This document shows positions 54,326 through 63,893 of a stretch of 64,000 nucleotides of DNA, in pieces. Below the pieces are notes generated by a model, which did no database searches, was not told the DNA's origin, and saw only the letters and a list, made by a program, of their open reading frames with translations. Position numbers and translations under genes: made by a program. Each line of letters opens with the position of its first letter. Within the stretch, counting starts at the first letter, position 1. The DNA lies in NCBI GenBank assembly GCA_964611875.1, contig CAZTBF010000002.1, positions 184,439-248,438 on the forward strand, in the 5' to 3' direction. The DNA is from an uncultured Gammaproteobacteria bacterium. Its GTDB lineage: Bacteria; Patescibacteriota; Patescibacteriia; UBA2169.

Positions 54326-54362
54326 AAAAATAGGGGACGGTTTCAAACCGCCCCCTATTTTT
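54326..54362. terminator. Bidirectional terminator (ATAGGGGACGGTTT..AAACCGCCCCCTAT)
   Basis: A-run, 14-bp stem and T-run between convergent genes. Confidence 0.75.
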
Positions 54363-54364
54363 AT

Positions 54365-55516
54365 TTACGCAATCGCCGATTTCCACTTATTAATAAGCTG
54401 TGAGAAAAAGAGTGGAATAATAAACATAAACACCACACTGGAAGCAATGACTACTGAGTAAATGTCATAGCCAATAACCTCATTATCAAATAAGAATTTA
54501 ATAATAATAATACTGGTACTAAAACGCACCGAAAGACCAATACCCAGTATGGTAGAACCTTTGAGTCCCAATTCCTTTTTACCCATAAGGTAGCTGCCAA
54601 TGATTTTTACTCCGATAGAGACACTTGCAACAAGTAATACCAAGAGTGGAGCCGAAACAAGATAAGCAATATCCAGACCTGCACCAATCCACACAAAAAA
54701 GAGGGGAGCAAAGAAACCATAGGTAAGTGACTTGATCTCATCATCAATAAAAGAGAGTCGTTGATCATGAATAAAGAGACGAACCGATACCCCTGCAAGA
54801 ATAGCAGCAAGCGGTGCGGATGCTGCATATGAGCCTATGCCAATGAAGATAAAAAACACAAAAAGAATAAACAAGAATAATGTTTCGATGCTGATAAAGG
54901 TAAATTGGTCACGTTTTTTGCCAAAGAGTCTGAAAGCAAAAGTCATAAGGAGTACAATTGCCAGTGAACCAAGAATAACAAAAATATTACCTTCTACCTG
55001 TGTACCAACAACAATACTTGCAAAGAGTAAGAGTAAAATTTCAATAACATCATCTGCCGTACCAATACCAATAATAGCTTGTCCAAGTGTGGTATTAATA
55101 AGTTTAAATTCATGCAAAATAGGTACTAAAATAGCTTCGCCTACCGTTGCAAAGCTTAATGCAACCAAGAGTGAAATTATCCAGGAATAATCAAATACAT
55201 AGTGAACAATGAGCGATCCAACAATACCTTCAAGAAAAATAATGACAAAAGCAGAAGTAAAAATAAAACTACTTTTTTTCTTTAATTTTTCTATGTTGAG
55301 TTCAAACCCAACAAGAAACAACAGTAAGTACATCCCGAGATGTGCAAAGAGAGTAAATGTTTCAGAAGAGGTAATGTCCGAAAAGGGGTTGCGAATAGCA
55401 AGCAGTGTACCAATAAGAAGCGCAGCAAAAATCCAAGGTATACGAACCTTTTCGAGTAATTTGCCCAATAGGAGCGTTCCAATAAAAATAAGGGCAATAA
55501 AAATAAAGATATTCAT
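54365..55516 (-). CDS. Cation:proton antiporter (CPA2/Kef-type membrane domain)
   Basis: About 11-12 TM helices with IGIGTADDVIEILLLL. The ATG at 55516 is preferred because the longer ORF runs into the tRNA terminator. Confidence 0.8.
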   Translation of the reverse strand: MNIFIFIALIFIGTLLLGKLLEKVRIPWIFAALLIGTLLAIRNPFSDITSSETFTLFAHLGMYLLLFLVGFELNIEKLKKKSSFIFTSAFVIIFLEGIVGSLIVHYVFDYSWIISLLVALSFATVGEAILVPILHEFKLINTTLGQAIIGIGTADDVIEILLLLFASIVVGTQVEGNIFVILGSLAIVLLMTFAFRLFGKKRDQFTFISIETLFLFILFVFFIFIGIGSYAASAPLAAILAGVSVRLFIHDQRLSFIDDEIKSLTYGFFAPLFFVWIGAGLDIAYLVSAPLLVLLVASVSIGVKIIGSYLMGKKELGLKGSTILGIGLSVRFSTSIIIIKFLFDNEVIGYDIYSVVIASSVVFMFIIPLFFSQLINKWKSAIA

Positions 55517-55577
55517 AGGAGTATATATGTTTCTTATATAGTACTCAATTACCTGACGGGTGTAAACCTTGGTGTTA

Positions 55578-55613
55578 AAAAACAAACGTTCCACCGAGGT
55601 GGAACGTTTGTTT
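55578..55613 (-). terminator. Intrinsic terminator 3' of tRNA-Leu
   Basis: AAACAAACGTTCCACC..GGTGGAACGTTTGTTT long stem with T-runs. Confidence 0.7.
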
Positions 55614-55698
55614 TGGTGCCGGAGGAGAGACTCGAACTCTCACACCTTGCGGTACACGATTTTGAGTCGTGCGTGTATACCAGTTTCACCACTCCGGC
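55614..55698 (-). tRNA. tRNA-Leu (CAA), long variable arm, CCA encoded
   Basis: Hand-folded at 85 nt with acceptor GCCGGAG/CTCCGGC, anticodon loop CTCAAAA and T-loop TTCGAGT. Confidence 0.9.
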
Positions 55699-55829
55699 GC
55701 GGCGTCGTAGTCGCATTGCGGGTTCCGTGTATTCCTTCACTACGTTACGGAATCCACTCCACCCTGCATGCGCCTACTCCTTTCAATTTTTTACTTAACT
55801 CGCGAGTACACGAGCCCAAGTAAAAAATT
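55699..55829 (-). promoter_or_regulatory. Conserved tRNA 5' leader module, copy 3
   Basis: Minus-strand AATTTTTTACTTGGGCTCGTGTACTCGCGAGTTAAGTAAAAAATT hairpin plus the conserved ~85-nt block ending in TACGACGCCGC. Confidence 0.6.
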
Positions 55830-55874
55830 AGTAAAAACAGGATAACATGGCTATTCTAAACTAATCATAGTGCA

Positions 55875-55903
55875 TTGTCAAAGGTGGATAATTTCATTAT
55901 AAT
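55875..55903 (+). promoter_or_regulatory. Sigma70-like promoter of parA (TTGTCA-17-TATAAT)
   Basis: The -10 ends 8 nt before the ATG at 55912, so the mRNA is effectively leaderless. Confidence 0.6.
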
Positions 55904-55911
55904 ATATACAT

Positions 55912-56682
55912 ATGGCACGAGTGATAAGTGTGGTAAATCAGAAAGGTGGAGTCGGCAAAACAACAACCGCAGTAAACCTAGCAACGTATTTAGCAGCGTT
56001 AGGAAAGTACGTACTGCTCGTTGATTTAGATCCGCAAGCAAACGCAACCAGCGGAATAGGGATAGCGCATCAAGACCTATCAGCAGGACTCTACGAAGTA
56101 TTAAGTGGCGAACGCGAGTTGCGCTCTGTTATCCAACCACACGAATTAGAGGGATTACGTATTCTTCCTGCAACCAACACCCTTGCCGGAGCATCGGTTG
56201 AATTAGTAAATGTTGAGCGACGAGAATACCGATTATTAGATGTGATGGATCAAATTCGCCATGAATATGATTACGTGATTATTGATTGTCCTCCTTCGTT
56301 AGGATTGCTTACTATCAACGGGTTAGTTGCCGCAGACGAAGTGTTGATACCAGTGCAAGCAGAATATTACGCATTAGAAGGGTTAGGACAGCTCATGAAA
56401 ACTATTGAGCTCATTCGCCAAGGGATTAAACCAGAACTTGGGGTACTCGGTGCGGTAATAACCATGTTTGATGGACGAGCAAAGCTTTCTGAGCAAGTGA
56501 TGCATGAGTTGTATCAATATTTTCCAGATAAAATTTTTAGAAGTGTTATTCCACGAAATGTACGCTTAACCGAAGCACCTTCGTACGGACGTTCTATTTT
56601 GCACCATGATCCAAAATCAAAAGGAGCAAAAGCATACGAACGCCTTGCACGAGAATTATTAGAATTACATGATCGAGAATAA
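55912..56682 (+). CDS. parA: Chromosome partitioning ATPase ParA/Soj
   Basis: NQKGGVGKTTTAVNLA deviant Walker A. Confidence 0.95.
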   Translation: MARVISVVNQKGGVGKTTTAVNLATYLAALGKYVLLVDLDPQANATSGIGIAHQDLSAGLYEVLSGERELRSVIQPHELEGLRILPATNTLAGASVELVNVERREYRLLDVMDQIRHEYDYVIIDCPPSLGLLTINGLVAADEVLIPVQAEYYALEGLGQLMKTIELIRQGIKPELGVLGAVITMFDGRAKLSEQVMHELYQYFPDKIFRSVIPRNVRLTEAPSYGRSILHHDPKSKGAKAYERLARELLELHDRE

Positions 56683-56691
56683 TCATCCACT

Positions 56692-57615
56692 ATGGCAAAA
56701 CAAAAACAAACAGGATTAGGTAGAGGATTAGGTTCGCTTATTCCAAAACCGACTATTCCAAGTCCTTCGGAAGACACATCTGAAGCAACTTCAACTAAGC
56801 CAACATTGAGTGAGGGTGGGTTAGATACCACTGTCGCAGAATCAGATATTTTAGAAGTGTCTGTTGATGACGTGCATTCAAATACCTATCAGCCACGTAA
56901 ATATTTTTCTGAAAAGCATTTAAACGAATTAGCTGACTCTATTAAAGAACATGGTGTTTTGCAACCTTTGGTTGTTATCCCGCGTAAAGAAGGTGGCTAT
57001 GAATTGATTGCAGGTGAAAGGCGTTTGCGCGCTTCTAAACAAGCAGGTAAAAAACATGTGCCAATTATTGTGCGCCAAGCAAGCGAGCTTGAGCGTTTAG
57101 AATTGGCATTGATTGAAAATATTCAGCGTGCAGATTTAAACCCCATAGAAGAAGCATGGAGCTATCAAAAATTAAACGATGAATTTGGATTAACCCACGA
57201 GCAAGTAGCAAAACGAGTAGGGAAGAGCCGTTCCACCATTACCAATGCATTGCGCATGTTACAGTTGCCAGAAAATATTCAACAAGCCATTGCAGAAGGA
57301 AAAATAACCGAAGGGCATGCAAAAGTGCTCATGGAAATTAAAGATGAAGACAGACGCGCCGAATTATTTGAACGAGTACTCAAAGAAAAACTAACGATTA
57401 CCGATACCGCAGAAGAAGTAAAAAAGGTAGCCGTAAACAGACATACACGTACCGTACGCAAAGATCCAACCCTAGGGGCATATGAACAAGAATTACGAGG
57501 GCTACTGGGTACCAAAGTTTCTATTAAAAAACGAGGCAAGCATGCCGGTATTGTGCAAATAGAATACTACGGTGATGAAGAATTCCAAGCATTGCTTGAA
57601 AAATTGAGAGGGTAA
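56692..57615 (+). CDS. parB: Chromosome partitioning protein ParB/Spo0J
   Basis: GLGRGLGSLI, LIAGERRLRA and ENIQRADLNPIEE, plus an HTH. Confidence 0.95.
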   Translation: MAKQKQTGLGRGLGSLIPKPTIPSPSEDTSEATSTKPTLSEGGLDTTVAESDILEVSVDDVHSNTYQPRKYFSEKHLNELADSIKEHGVLQPLVVIPRKEGGYELIAGERRLRASKQAGKKHVPIIVRQASELERLELALIENIQRADLNPIEEAWSYQKLNDEFGLTHEQVAKRVGKSRSTITNALRMLQLPENIQQAIAEGKITEGHAKVLMEIKDEDRRAELFERVLKEKLTITDTAEEVKKVAVNRHTRTVRKDPTLGAYEQELRGLLGTKVSIKKRGKHAGIVQIEYYGDEEFQALLEKLRG

Positions 57616-57620
57616 AAAAT

Positions 57621-57672
57621 AATGGGGGTATGGTAGGGGTAGAAAATTTTCTACCCCTACCATACCCCCATT
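57621..57672. terminator. Bidirectional terminator, 26-bp perfect palindrome arms
   Basis: AATGGGGGTATGGTAGGGGTAGAAAA / TTTTCTACCCCTACCATACCCCCATT between convergent parB and rel. Confidence 0.8.
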
Positions 57673-57675
57673 TTT

Positions 57676-59136
57676 TTACCCCCGTAAACTCGTAATCGTC
57701 TCCCATAAACTTTTGGGAGATTTTTGTTTTATTTTTTCACGTGCGGCACGTGTTTTAACAAATTTAAGCCAGTCTCGGTTTGGGCCTTTGCGGTTTTTAT
57801 CTATGACAATTTCAACCATGTCGCCACTTTTTAATGACGTATCTAAAGAAGCCATTTGATTGTTAATACGAGCGGCAATGGTTTTATCTCCAATTTCGGT
57901 ATGAATATGATACGCAAAATCTACGGGGGTAGAGTTTTCTGGTAAATCAATCACATCTCCTTTTGGGGTAAATACAAAAATGCGATCCTGAAATACATCA
58001 ATTTTGAGTGAGTCGAGGAATTGTTGCCCGTCTGTTATTTCTTGTTGCCAGTTTGAAAGGTCTGTTACCCAATCAAAATGTTTGTCTAAGAGAATAGAGC
58101 CTTTTTCATCGTAATGCCAATGTGCTGCCACACCATATTCTGCTGCAAGGTGCATTTCTGGCGTACGAATTTGTACTTCAACCGTATGCCCTTTATCAAA
58201 GAAAATAGTGGTATGTAATGATTGATATCCATTTGGCTTAGGTTGTGCAATATAATCTTTAATTCTGCTTGGAATTGGTTTCCATTGACTATGAATAACA
58301 CCTAAGGTTTGGTAACAATCTGCAATTGTTGGTACCACAATACGCACCGCAACAATGTCGTGAATACGCTTTATTTCATTTTCATGGTTCTGTAGTTTTT
58401 TATATAAACTAAAGAGATCTTTTGCCCTACCTGAAATTTCTACCATGGTAATGTCTTCTTGTTTGAGTGCTTTGGTAACTGCTTTTTTAAGTTCAGCTAC
58501 AGCTGCTTCACGTTCGCTGTATTGCTTTTCCAGTACTTCTTTTAATTCGGTATATTCTTTTGGATAGAGATATTTAAAAGAAAGATCTTCTAATTTTCCT
58601 TTGAGTTGCCAGATTCCGAGTCTGTTTGCAATAGGTGCATAGATTTCTAGTGTTTCAAGGGCAATGCGTTCTTTTTTTTCTTGGGGGAGGGCATCTAACG
58701 TTTCGAGGTTATGAAGACGATCCGCAAATTTAATAAAAATAACCCGAATGTCAGAAGCCATTGCCACAAACATTTTTCGTAGATTTTCCGTATAGCGTTC
58801 CATACCACGGTACTTCAATTTACCCAGTTTGGTAATACCTTCTACTAAATGTGCTACTTCTTTACCAAATTGTTTTTTAACATCGGCAAGTGTGCGTTCG
58901 GTATCTTCTGGCACGTCGTGCAACAACCCTGCGATAATGGTGTCTTGATCAAGATGATAGAGTGCGAGTGTTTTTGCGGTTTCGAGCGGATGATTAATAT
59001 AAGGTTCACCACTTTTACGCATTTGTCCGTTGTGTGCCTCTTTTGCATATTCATAGGCAAGACGAACCAAGTCCGTATCCACACGAAGTTTTTCTTGTTC
59101 GATAATTTTGATCAACGAATTGACGGATGATGACAT
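57676..59136 (-). CDS. rel: RelA/SpoT-homolog (p)ppGpp synthetase/hydrolase, short form ending after the TGS domain
   Basis: HD domain HDVPEDT, a synthetase domain and TGS (FTPKGDVIDLPENSTPVDFAY). No ACT-type C-terminus. The ATG at 59136 is preferred over the TTG at 59175. Confidence 0.9.
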   Translation of the reverse strand: MSSSVNSLIKIIEQEKLRVDTDLVRLAYEYAKEAHNGQMRKSGEPYINHPLETAKTLALYHLDQDTIIAGLLHDVPEDTERTLADVKKQFGKEVAHLVEGITKLGKLKYRGMERYTENLRKMFVAMASDIRVIFIKFADRLHNLETLDALPQEKKERIALETLEIYAPIANRLGIWQLKGKLEDLSFKYLYPKEYTELKEVLEKQYSEREAAVAELKKAVTKALKQEDITMVEISGRAKDLFSLYKKLQNHENEIKRIHDIVAVRIVVPTIADCYQTLGVIHSQWKPIPSRIKDYIAQPKPNGYQSLHTTIFFDKGHTVEVQIRTPEMHLAAEYGVAAHWHYDEKGSILLDKHFDWVTDLSNWQQEITDGQQFLDSLKIDVFQDRIFVFTPKGDVIDLPENSTPVDFAYHIHTEIGDKTIAARINNQMASLDTSLKSGDMVEIVIDKNRKGPNRDWLKFVKTRAAREKIKQKSPKSLWETITSLRG

Positions 59137-59183
59137 AGTATAGTTAGAGTAGTCCTGTGGGGTGTGATTTGTCAAATAAAAAA

Positions 59184-59222
59184 ATAGTAGGGGATGGTTT
59201 TAAACCATCCCCTACTATTTTT
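59184..59222. terminator. Terminator hairpin (ATAGTAGGGGATGGTTT..AAACCATCCCCTACTAT)
   Basis: A-run, 17-bp stem and T-run between topA and rel. Confidence 0.75.
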
Positions 59223-59223
59223 T

Positions 59224-61668
59224 TTATTCAGCCTTTTTCTTCTTTGCACCACCGCCCCACGCTCGTTTTGGTGCTTTTCGTTTCTTTTCAAGCATTTCTA
59301 CTGCTTCATCAAAGGTGATATCTTTTGGTTCGGTATTCTTTGGTACGGACTTGTTTGTTTTTCCGTCTGTAATGTATGGACCAAATCTTCCATTTTTTAC
59401 CACAATGTTTCCACCTGAGTTTGGATCAGTTCCGAGTTCTGCGATTGGTTCATTCATCTTTTTACGGATTGCTGCTGCATTAGCAAACACTTCGAGCGCT
59501 TGGGTAATGGTAATGGTGTGCGGATCATAGTCATCTGGAGGGAGAGAGACCGTTTGTTTTCCTGCTTTGAGGTATGGACCAAAACGACCGACATCTGCAA
59601 TCATTTCTTCACCTTCTTTATTTTTACCGACCACACGTGGCAACTCAAGTAAGTAGAGTGCTTCTTCTAAGGTAATGGTTTCGAGGCTTTGTCCTTTTTC
59701 AAGCGAAGCGCTACGTGGTTTTTCTTCTTCGGGAGTATCTTGTTCTTTTTCTGGTGTTTCTTCTTCATCTTCTGCATCCTTTTTTTTCTTTTTAGTCTTT
59801 TTCTTTGGTTTGCCATGATACTCACCGAGTTGTACATATGCACCAAAGCGTCCTGTTTTTCCAAACACGGTAAGACCAGTTGCTGGATCAACACCGATTT
59901 CACGTGATTGCATGATATCTTCCTTTTTCACTTCTTCTGTTTTTTCGGTGAGATTTTTTTTGAATGGTTCGTAAAAATCATTAATGGCTTGTTCCCAGCC
60001 AAGTTTGCCTTCTGCTATGTCATCAAGTTCTTCTTCAAGTTTTGCGGTAAAAGCATAGTCTGACACATTTTTAAAATGTTCTACTAATAAGTCGGTTACC
60101 ACAAAGGCAATGTCTGTTGGTTTGAGTCTGCGGTTTTCAATACGTTCAACATAGCCGCGATCAATAACCGTACTAATAGTTGGGGAGTAGGTTGAAGGGC
60201 GTCCAATTTCATGATCTTCGAGTGCTTTTACCAATGATGCATCGCTGTATCGTGCTGGAGGTTCGGTGAAATGTTGGTTTGCATTGAGTTCTGCACATAC
60301 AACGGTTTCTTTTTCTTCGAGCTCTGGGAGAAGGTTCTCTCTTTGAGTAAATGGATAGAGTTTTAAGAATCCATCAAATTTAATGGTTTGTCCTGTTGCA
60401 CGGAAGGTGTATTGTGCATCTGTTTTGGTACCAATATCAATACTGGTGTTGCTCATAATAGCTTCAGGCATTTGTGAGGCTACTGCACGTTGCCAAATAA
60501 GGCGATAGAGCTTGAATTGACGGTCATCCAAGTATGCCTTTACCGATTCTGGATCACGAAGTGCTTCGGTTGGGCGAATTGCTTCGTGTGCTTCTTGTGC
60601 TGTTTTTGAACGTGCTTTAAATACGCGTGGTTCTGCAATGGTGTATTCTTTCCCAAGATTTTTTTCAAGATATTCGTGTGATTCTGTTAGGAATTTTTGT
60701 GACAGTGAAACAGAGTCCGTACGCATGTAGGTAATCAAACCAACTGAACCCTCATCACCAATATCAATACCTTCATACAATTGTTGTGCAAGTCGCATGG
60801 TTTGTTTTGAAGAATATCCTAACTTACGGTTTGCTTCTTGTTGCAGGGTAGAGGTGGTAAATGGTGCTGCAGGATTTTTCTTTGTTTCTTTCTTTTTAAT
60901 AGCGTCTATGGTATATGTTGCATCTTTCAGTGCTGCATGTAGTTGTTGTGCATGTTTTTCATCACCAATTTCAAATTTATCAAGAGAGTCACCATTAATT
61001 GCGTGTAACTTTGCAGGGAAAAATCCTTCTGGAAGATTTTTTTCATCAATTGCTCCGGTATGTGTTGCGCCTTCTTTATTAAAGAATGCATCAAGGGTCC
61101 AGTATTCTTGTGCTTTAAATTGAAGAATTTCACGTTCACGTTCAACAATTAATCGTACGGCTACTGATTGTACCCGACCAGCAGAAAGTCCACGCGCTAC
61201 TTTTTTCCATAAGAAAGGGGAGAGTTCGTATCCAACTAAACGATCCAAAATACGACGTGCTTGTTGCGCATCTACTCGTTGCATATCAATGGTGCGTGGA
61301 TGTTCGAGGGATTCTTCTATTGCGTGTTTGGTGATTTCGTGGAAGGTAATACGTTTTATTTGCTCTGGCTTTGGTTTTAGAATTTCTGCAAGATGCCATG
61401 CAATTGCTTCTCCTTCGCGGTCCTCATCAGTTGCGAAATAGATATGCTTTGCCTTTTTTGCTGCTGTTTTAAGCTCTGATACTACTTTTTTCTTTTCAGT
61501 ATCAACCACATAGGTTGGTTTATAGTTATCGTCTACATCAACCCCGATGCTTGATTTTGGTAAATCACGCACATGCCCAAAAGATGATTTTACGGTAAAA
61601 CCACTTTTAAGAAATTTGCTTATAGTTTTTGCTTTGGTTGGGGATTCGACAATAACGAGGTCTGACAT
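59224..61668 (-). CDS. topA: DNA topoisomerase I
   Basis: Toprim VIVESPTKAK, catalytic-Tyr region ITYMRTDS and Cys-less C-terminal GRFGPY repeats. Contains a K/E-rich insert KKKTKKKKKDAEDEEE. Confidence 0.95.
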   Translation of the reverse strand: MSDLVIVESPTKAKTISKFLKSGFTVKSSFGHVRDLPKSSIGVDVDDNYKPTYVVDTEKKKVVSELKTAAKKAKHIYFATDEDREGEAIAWHLAEILKPKPEQIKRITFHEITKHAIEESLEHPRTIDMQRVDAQQARRILDRLVGYELSPFLWKKVARGLSAGRVQSVAVRLIVEREREILQFKAQEYWTLDAFFNKEGATHTGAIDEKNLPEGFFPAKLHAINGDSLDKFEIGDEKHAQQLHAALKDATYTIDAIKKKETKKNPAAPFTTSTLQQEANRKLGYSSKQTMRLAQQLYEGIDIGDEGSVGLITYMRTDSVSLSQKFLTESHEYLEKNLGKEYTIAEPRVFKARSKTAQEAHEAIRPTEALRDPESVKAYLDDRQFKLYRLIWQRAVASQMPEAIMSNTSIDIGTKTDAQYTFRATGQTIKFDGFLKLYPFTQRENLLPELEEKETVVCAELNANQHFTEPPARYSDASLVKALEDHEIGRPSTYSPTISTVIDRGYVERIENRRLKPTDIAFVVTDLLVEHFKNVSDYAFTAKLEEELDDIAEGKLGWEQAINDFYEPFKKNLTEKTEEVKKEDIMQSREIGVDPATGLTVFGKTGRFGAYVQLGEYHGKPKKKTKKKKKDAEDEEETPEKEQDTPEEEKPRSASLEKGQSLETITLEEALYLLELPRVVGKNKEGEEMIADVGRFGPYLKAGKQTVSLPPDDYDPHTITITQALEVFANAAAIRKKMNEPIAELGTDPNSGGNIVVKNGRFGPYITDGKTNKSVPKNTEPKDITFDEAVEMLEKKRKAPKRAWGGGAKKKKAE

Positions 61669-61683
61669 AAATAAAGAGGGAAA

Positions 61684-62937
61684 TTAATGAGTTTTTCGAT
61701 GGGTGAGTATATACTCTTCACTGATCCAGTGCTCCCGGAGGGCACCGGTCATATAAAAGGATCCAGTAATAAGGAGTGCATCATTCTTTTTAATCTTTTG
61801 CATTGTTCGCTTGAGTGCTTTGTGTGCATCTGGCTCTATTGTTGCGTGTGTGGTGTGTGATGCAAGTTGTTGTGCGATATATGCATTTTTTGCTGCTGCT
61901 TCGAATTCGGTAAAGATAAACTGTTTCGTATAGGGTTGTAATAGCTTAATCATTTTTTGTGCATCTTTATTCGAGCTACTGGCAAAGATAGTATACAGTG
62001 TATCATATGTCAACTTTTTAAGATTGTGGACAACGTTTCGTATTTTATCTGGATTGTGTGATCCATCTAATATAATGAGTGGATGTTGTTGCATGATTTC
62101 GAATCTGCACGGGAGTTTGGTACGTTGTATTCCTTCGTGTATATGCTTGTCTGCAATACCAATATGCTGTGTAATTGCTGTTGCTAATTTTTGATTTGCA
62201 TCATCAAATTTTTTTGCAGGAATATGATGAAAGGTTGCTTTTTTTTGTGTACAGATTTTTTTGAAAAGCGAAATAAGTTTTGATCTGCGTTCGGTACTAA
62301 AAAAGTGTCCGTGTGGTCGTATGATTCCTGCTTTTTCTGTTGCTATTTTGCTGAGCGTGTTCCCGAGTAGTTTCATGTGATCAAGCCCAACATTGGTATT
62401 ACCACAGATTGCTTTTGGGATAATCATACCTGCGTCATAGGTGCCTCCGCATCCAACTTCGAGTACTGCCCAGTTGCATTTTTTTTGTTTAAAGTAGAGA
62501 AGTGCCATACCAAAAAATATCTCAAAGTACGAAGGGCGTCCATACTTGTATGAGGTGTCCATTTTTTCAATTGCTGGTTGTACTTTGTTAACCAATGCTA
62601 CAAATTCTTTTGGTGATAGTAAGAGATCATTCACTTTGATTTTTTCTATAGAGGTTGTTGCATATGGTTGAGTAAATGAGCCAACGGTATTACCTGCAGA
62701 TTGTAGAATGTTATGTATGTAATTGGTCGTTGTTCCTTTTCCTGCGGTACCTGAAATGTGCACAAAACGAATTCCTCGGTAGGGGTTACCGAGGAGTTTT
62801 ACAAATTCGCGTGTGCGTTCCACATATTGTTGTGGGTTCGCACTATGAGTTTTCATGTATGCAGTATCGTGTGGTGTTGAAGCAAGTGTTTCGAGGTAGT
62901 GTACTGCATCGTGATATGTTTTGAGATTTTTTTTCAT
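61684..62937 (-). CDS. folC: Folylpolyglutamate synthase/dihydrofolate synthase-like Mur ligase family protein
   Basis: P-loop HISGTAGKGTT and FolC-like length and organisation. Confidence 0.8.
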   Translation of the reverse strand: MKKNLKTYHDAVHYLETLASTPHDTAYMKTHSANPQQYVERTREFVKLLGNPYRGIRFVHISGTAGKGTTTNYIHNILQSAGNTVGSFTQPYATTSIEKIKVNDLLLSPKEFVALVNKVQPAIEKMDTSYKYGRPSYFEIFFGMALLYFKQKKCNWAVLEVGCGGTYDAGMIIPKAICGNTNVGLDHMKLLGNTLSKIATEKAGIIRPHGHFFSTERRSKLISLFKKICTQKKATFHHIPAKKFDDANQKLATAITQHIGIADKHIHEGIQRTKLPCRFEIMQQHPLIILDGSHNPDKIRNVVHNLKKLTYDTLYTIFASSSNKDAQKMIKLLQPYTKQFIFTEFEAAAKNAYIAQQLASHTTHATIEPDAHKALKRTMQKIKKNDALLITGSFYMTGALREHWISEEYILTHRKTH

Positions 62938-62940
62938 GGA

Positions 62941-63060
62941 GAAGAAAAGTAATGTGTGGTAATGAGATTGTAATGAATAGTAATAAAGTAGTAATGAAAT
63001 GGTAATGCATTACTACACGTTACAACCTCATTACTACTTCATTCCCTCTATACTACGAGT
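62941..63060. repeat. GTAATG-rich long imperfect palindrome
   Basis: Centred on GGTAATGCATTACTA (~63004-63011). Arms are built from GTAATG / CATTAC words. Confidence 0.55.
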
Positions 63061-63075
63061 AGTATATCTTAATTA

Positions 63076-63714
63076 TTATTCTTGGCTTGTCTTACCACTC
63101 TTCAACCAATGCACAATACCGTATACAAACGGTGTATCAATAAATGCAAAGGCTACTTTAATTAACCACCATGGAATAATAAGTGAGAACACGAAGGCAA
63201 CATCAAATTTTGGTGTCATTTGGTAGAATGCCAAAAACATGAATAAGGTAGTATCTAAGAATTGGCTGACAAAGGTTGAAAGGTTATTACGTAGCCATAA
63301 AAATTTACCGTGTGTTTTCTTTTTCCAAAAATCAAATGCCCAGATATCATGTCCTTGGCTCAGTACAAATGCAATTAAACTTGCGAGCATGATACGTATT
63401 GAACTAGAGAAAACACTGACATAACTTTCATTATTGGTAAATCTATCTGCTGGTGGAAGATATACTGCAAGTGCAACGACAATCATAATAAGGATGACAG
63501 ATACCATTGATCCATATACGAGTTCTTGTGCTTTCTTTTTACCATACACTTCAGAAATAGCGTCAGTAATTAAGAAAGTGAGCGGTAACACAAAAATACT
63601 GACGGACATGTTAATACCGAGTATGGTCGTTATTTTTGACCCTATTAAATTTGCGGTTATCATTGAACTCACAAATATGGATGTGAGAATAGTTAGTTTT
63701 TGTTGTTCTAACAT
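63076..63714 (-). CDS. yhhQ: Queuosine-precursor transporter YhhQ (VUT family)
   Basis: PLTFLITDAISEVYGKKKA, FVLSQGHDIWAF and six TM helices. Confidence 0.8.
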   Translation of the reverse strand: MLEQQKLTILTSIFVSSMITANLIGSKITTILGINMSVSIFVLPLTFLITDAISEVYGKKKAQELVYGSMVSVILIMIVVALAVYLPPADRFTNNESYVSVFSSSIRIMLASLIAFVLSQGHDIWAFDFWKKKTHGKFLWLRNNLSTFVSQFLDTTLFMFLAFYQMTPKFDVAFVFSLIIPWWLIKVAFAFIDTPFVYGIVHWLKSGKTSQE

Positions 63715-63834
63715 AAGTAGTTACAAGGTTAAAGTGAATAGTTACATACGTCCATTATTGTAATGCATGTGCTGAATGTAACCTACATATAGCTTTATGA
63801 TTACATTGATGTCGGACGTTTATAAAATACAAGA

Positions 63835-63858
63835 TCCTGAATCAAGTTCAGGATGACG
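63835..63858. repeat. ATCCTGAA..TTCAGGAT hairpin carrying the GTTCAGGATGACG word
   Basis: The same 13-mer occurs at 1-13 and 16137-16149. Confidence 0.4.
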
Positions 63859-63893
63859 ATACTATTTATATTATTAGTATCTATGAGTATCGC

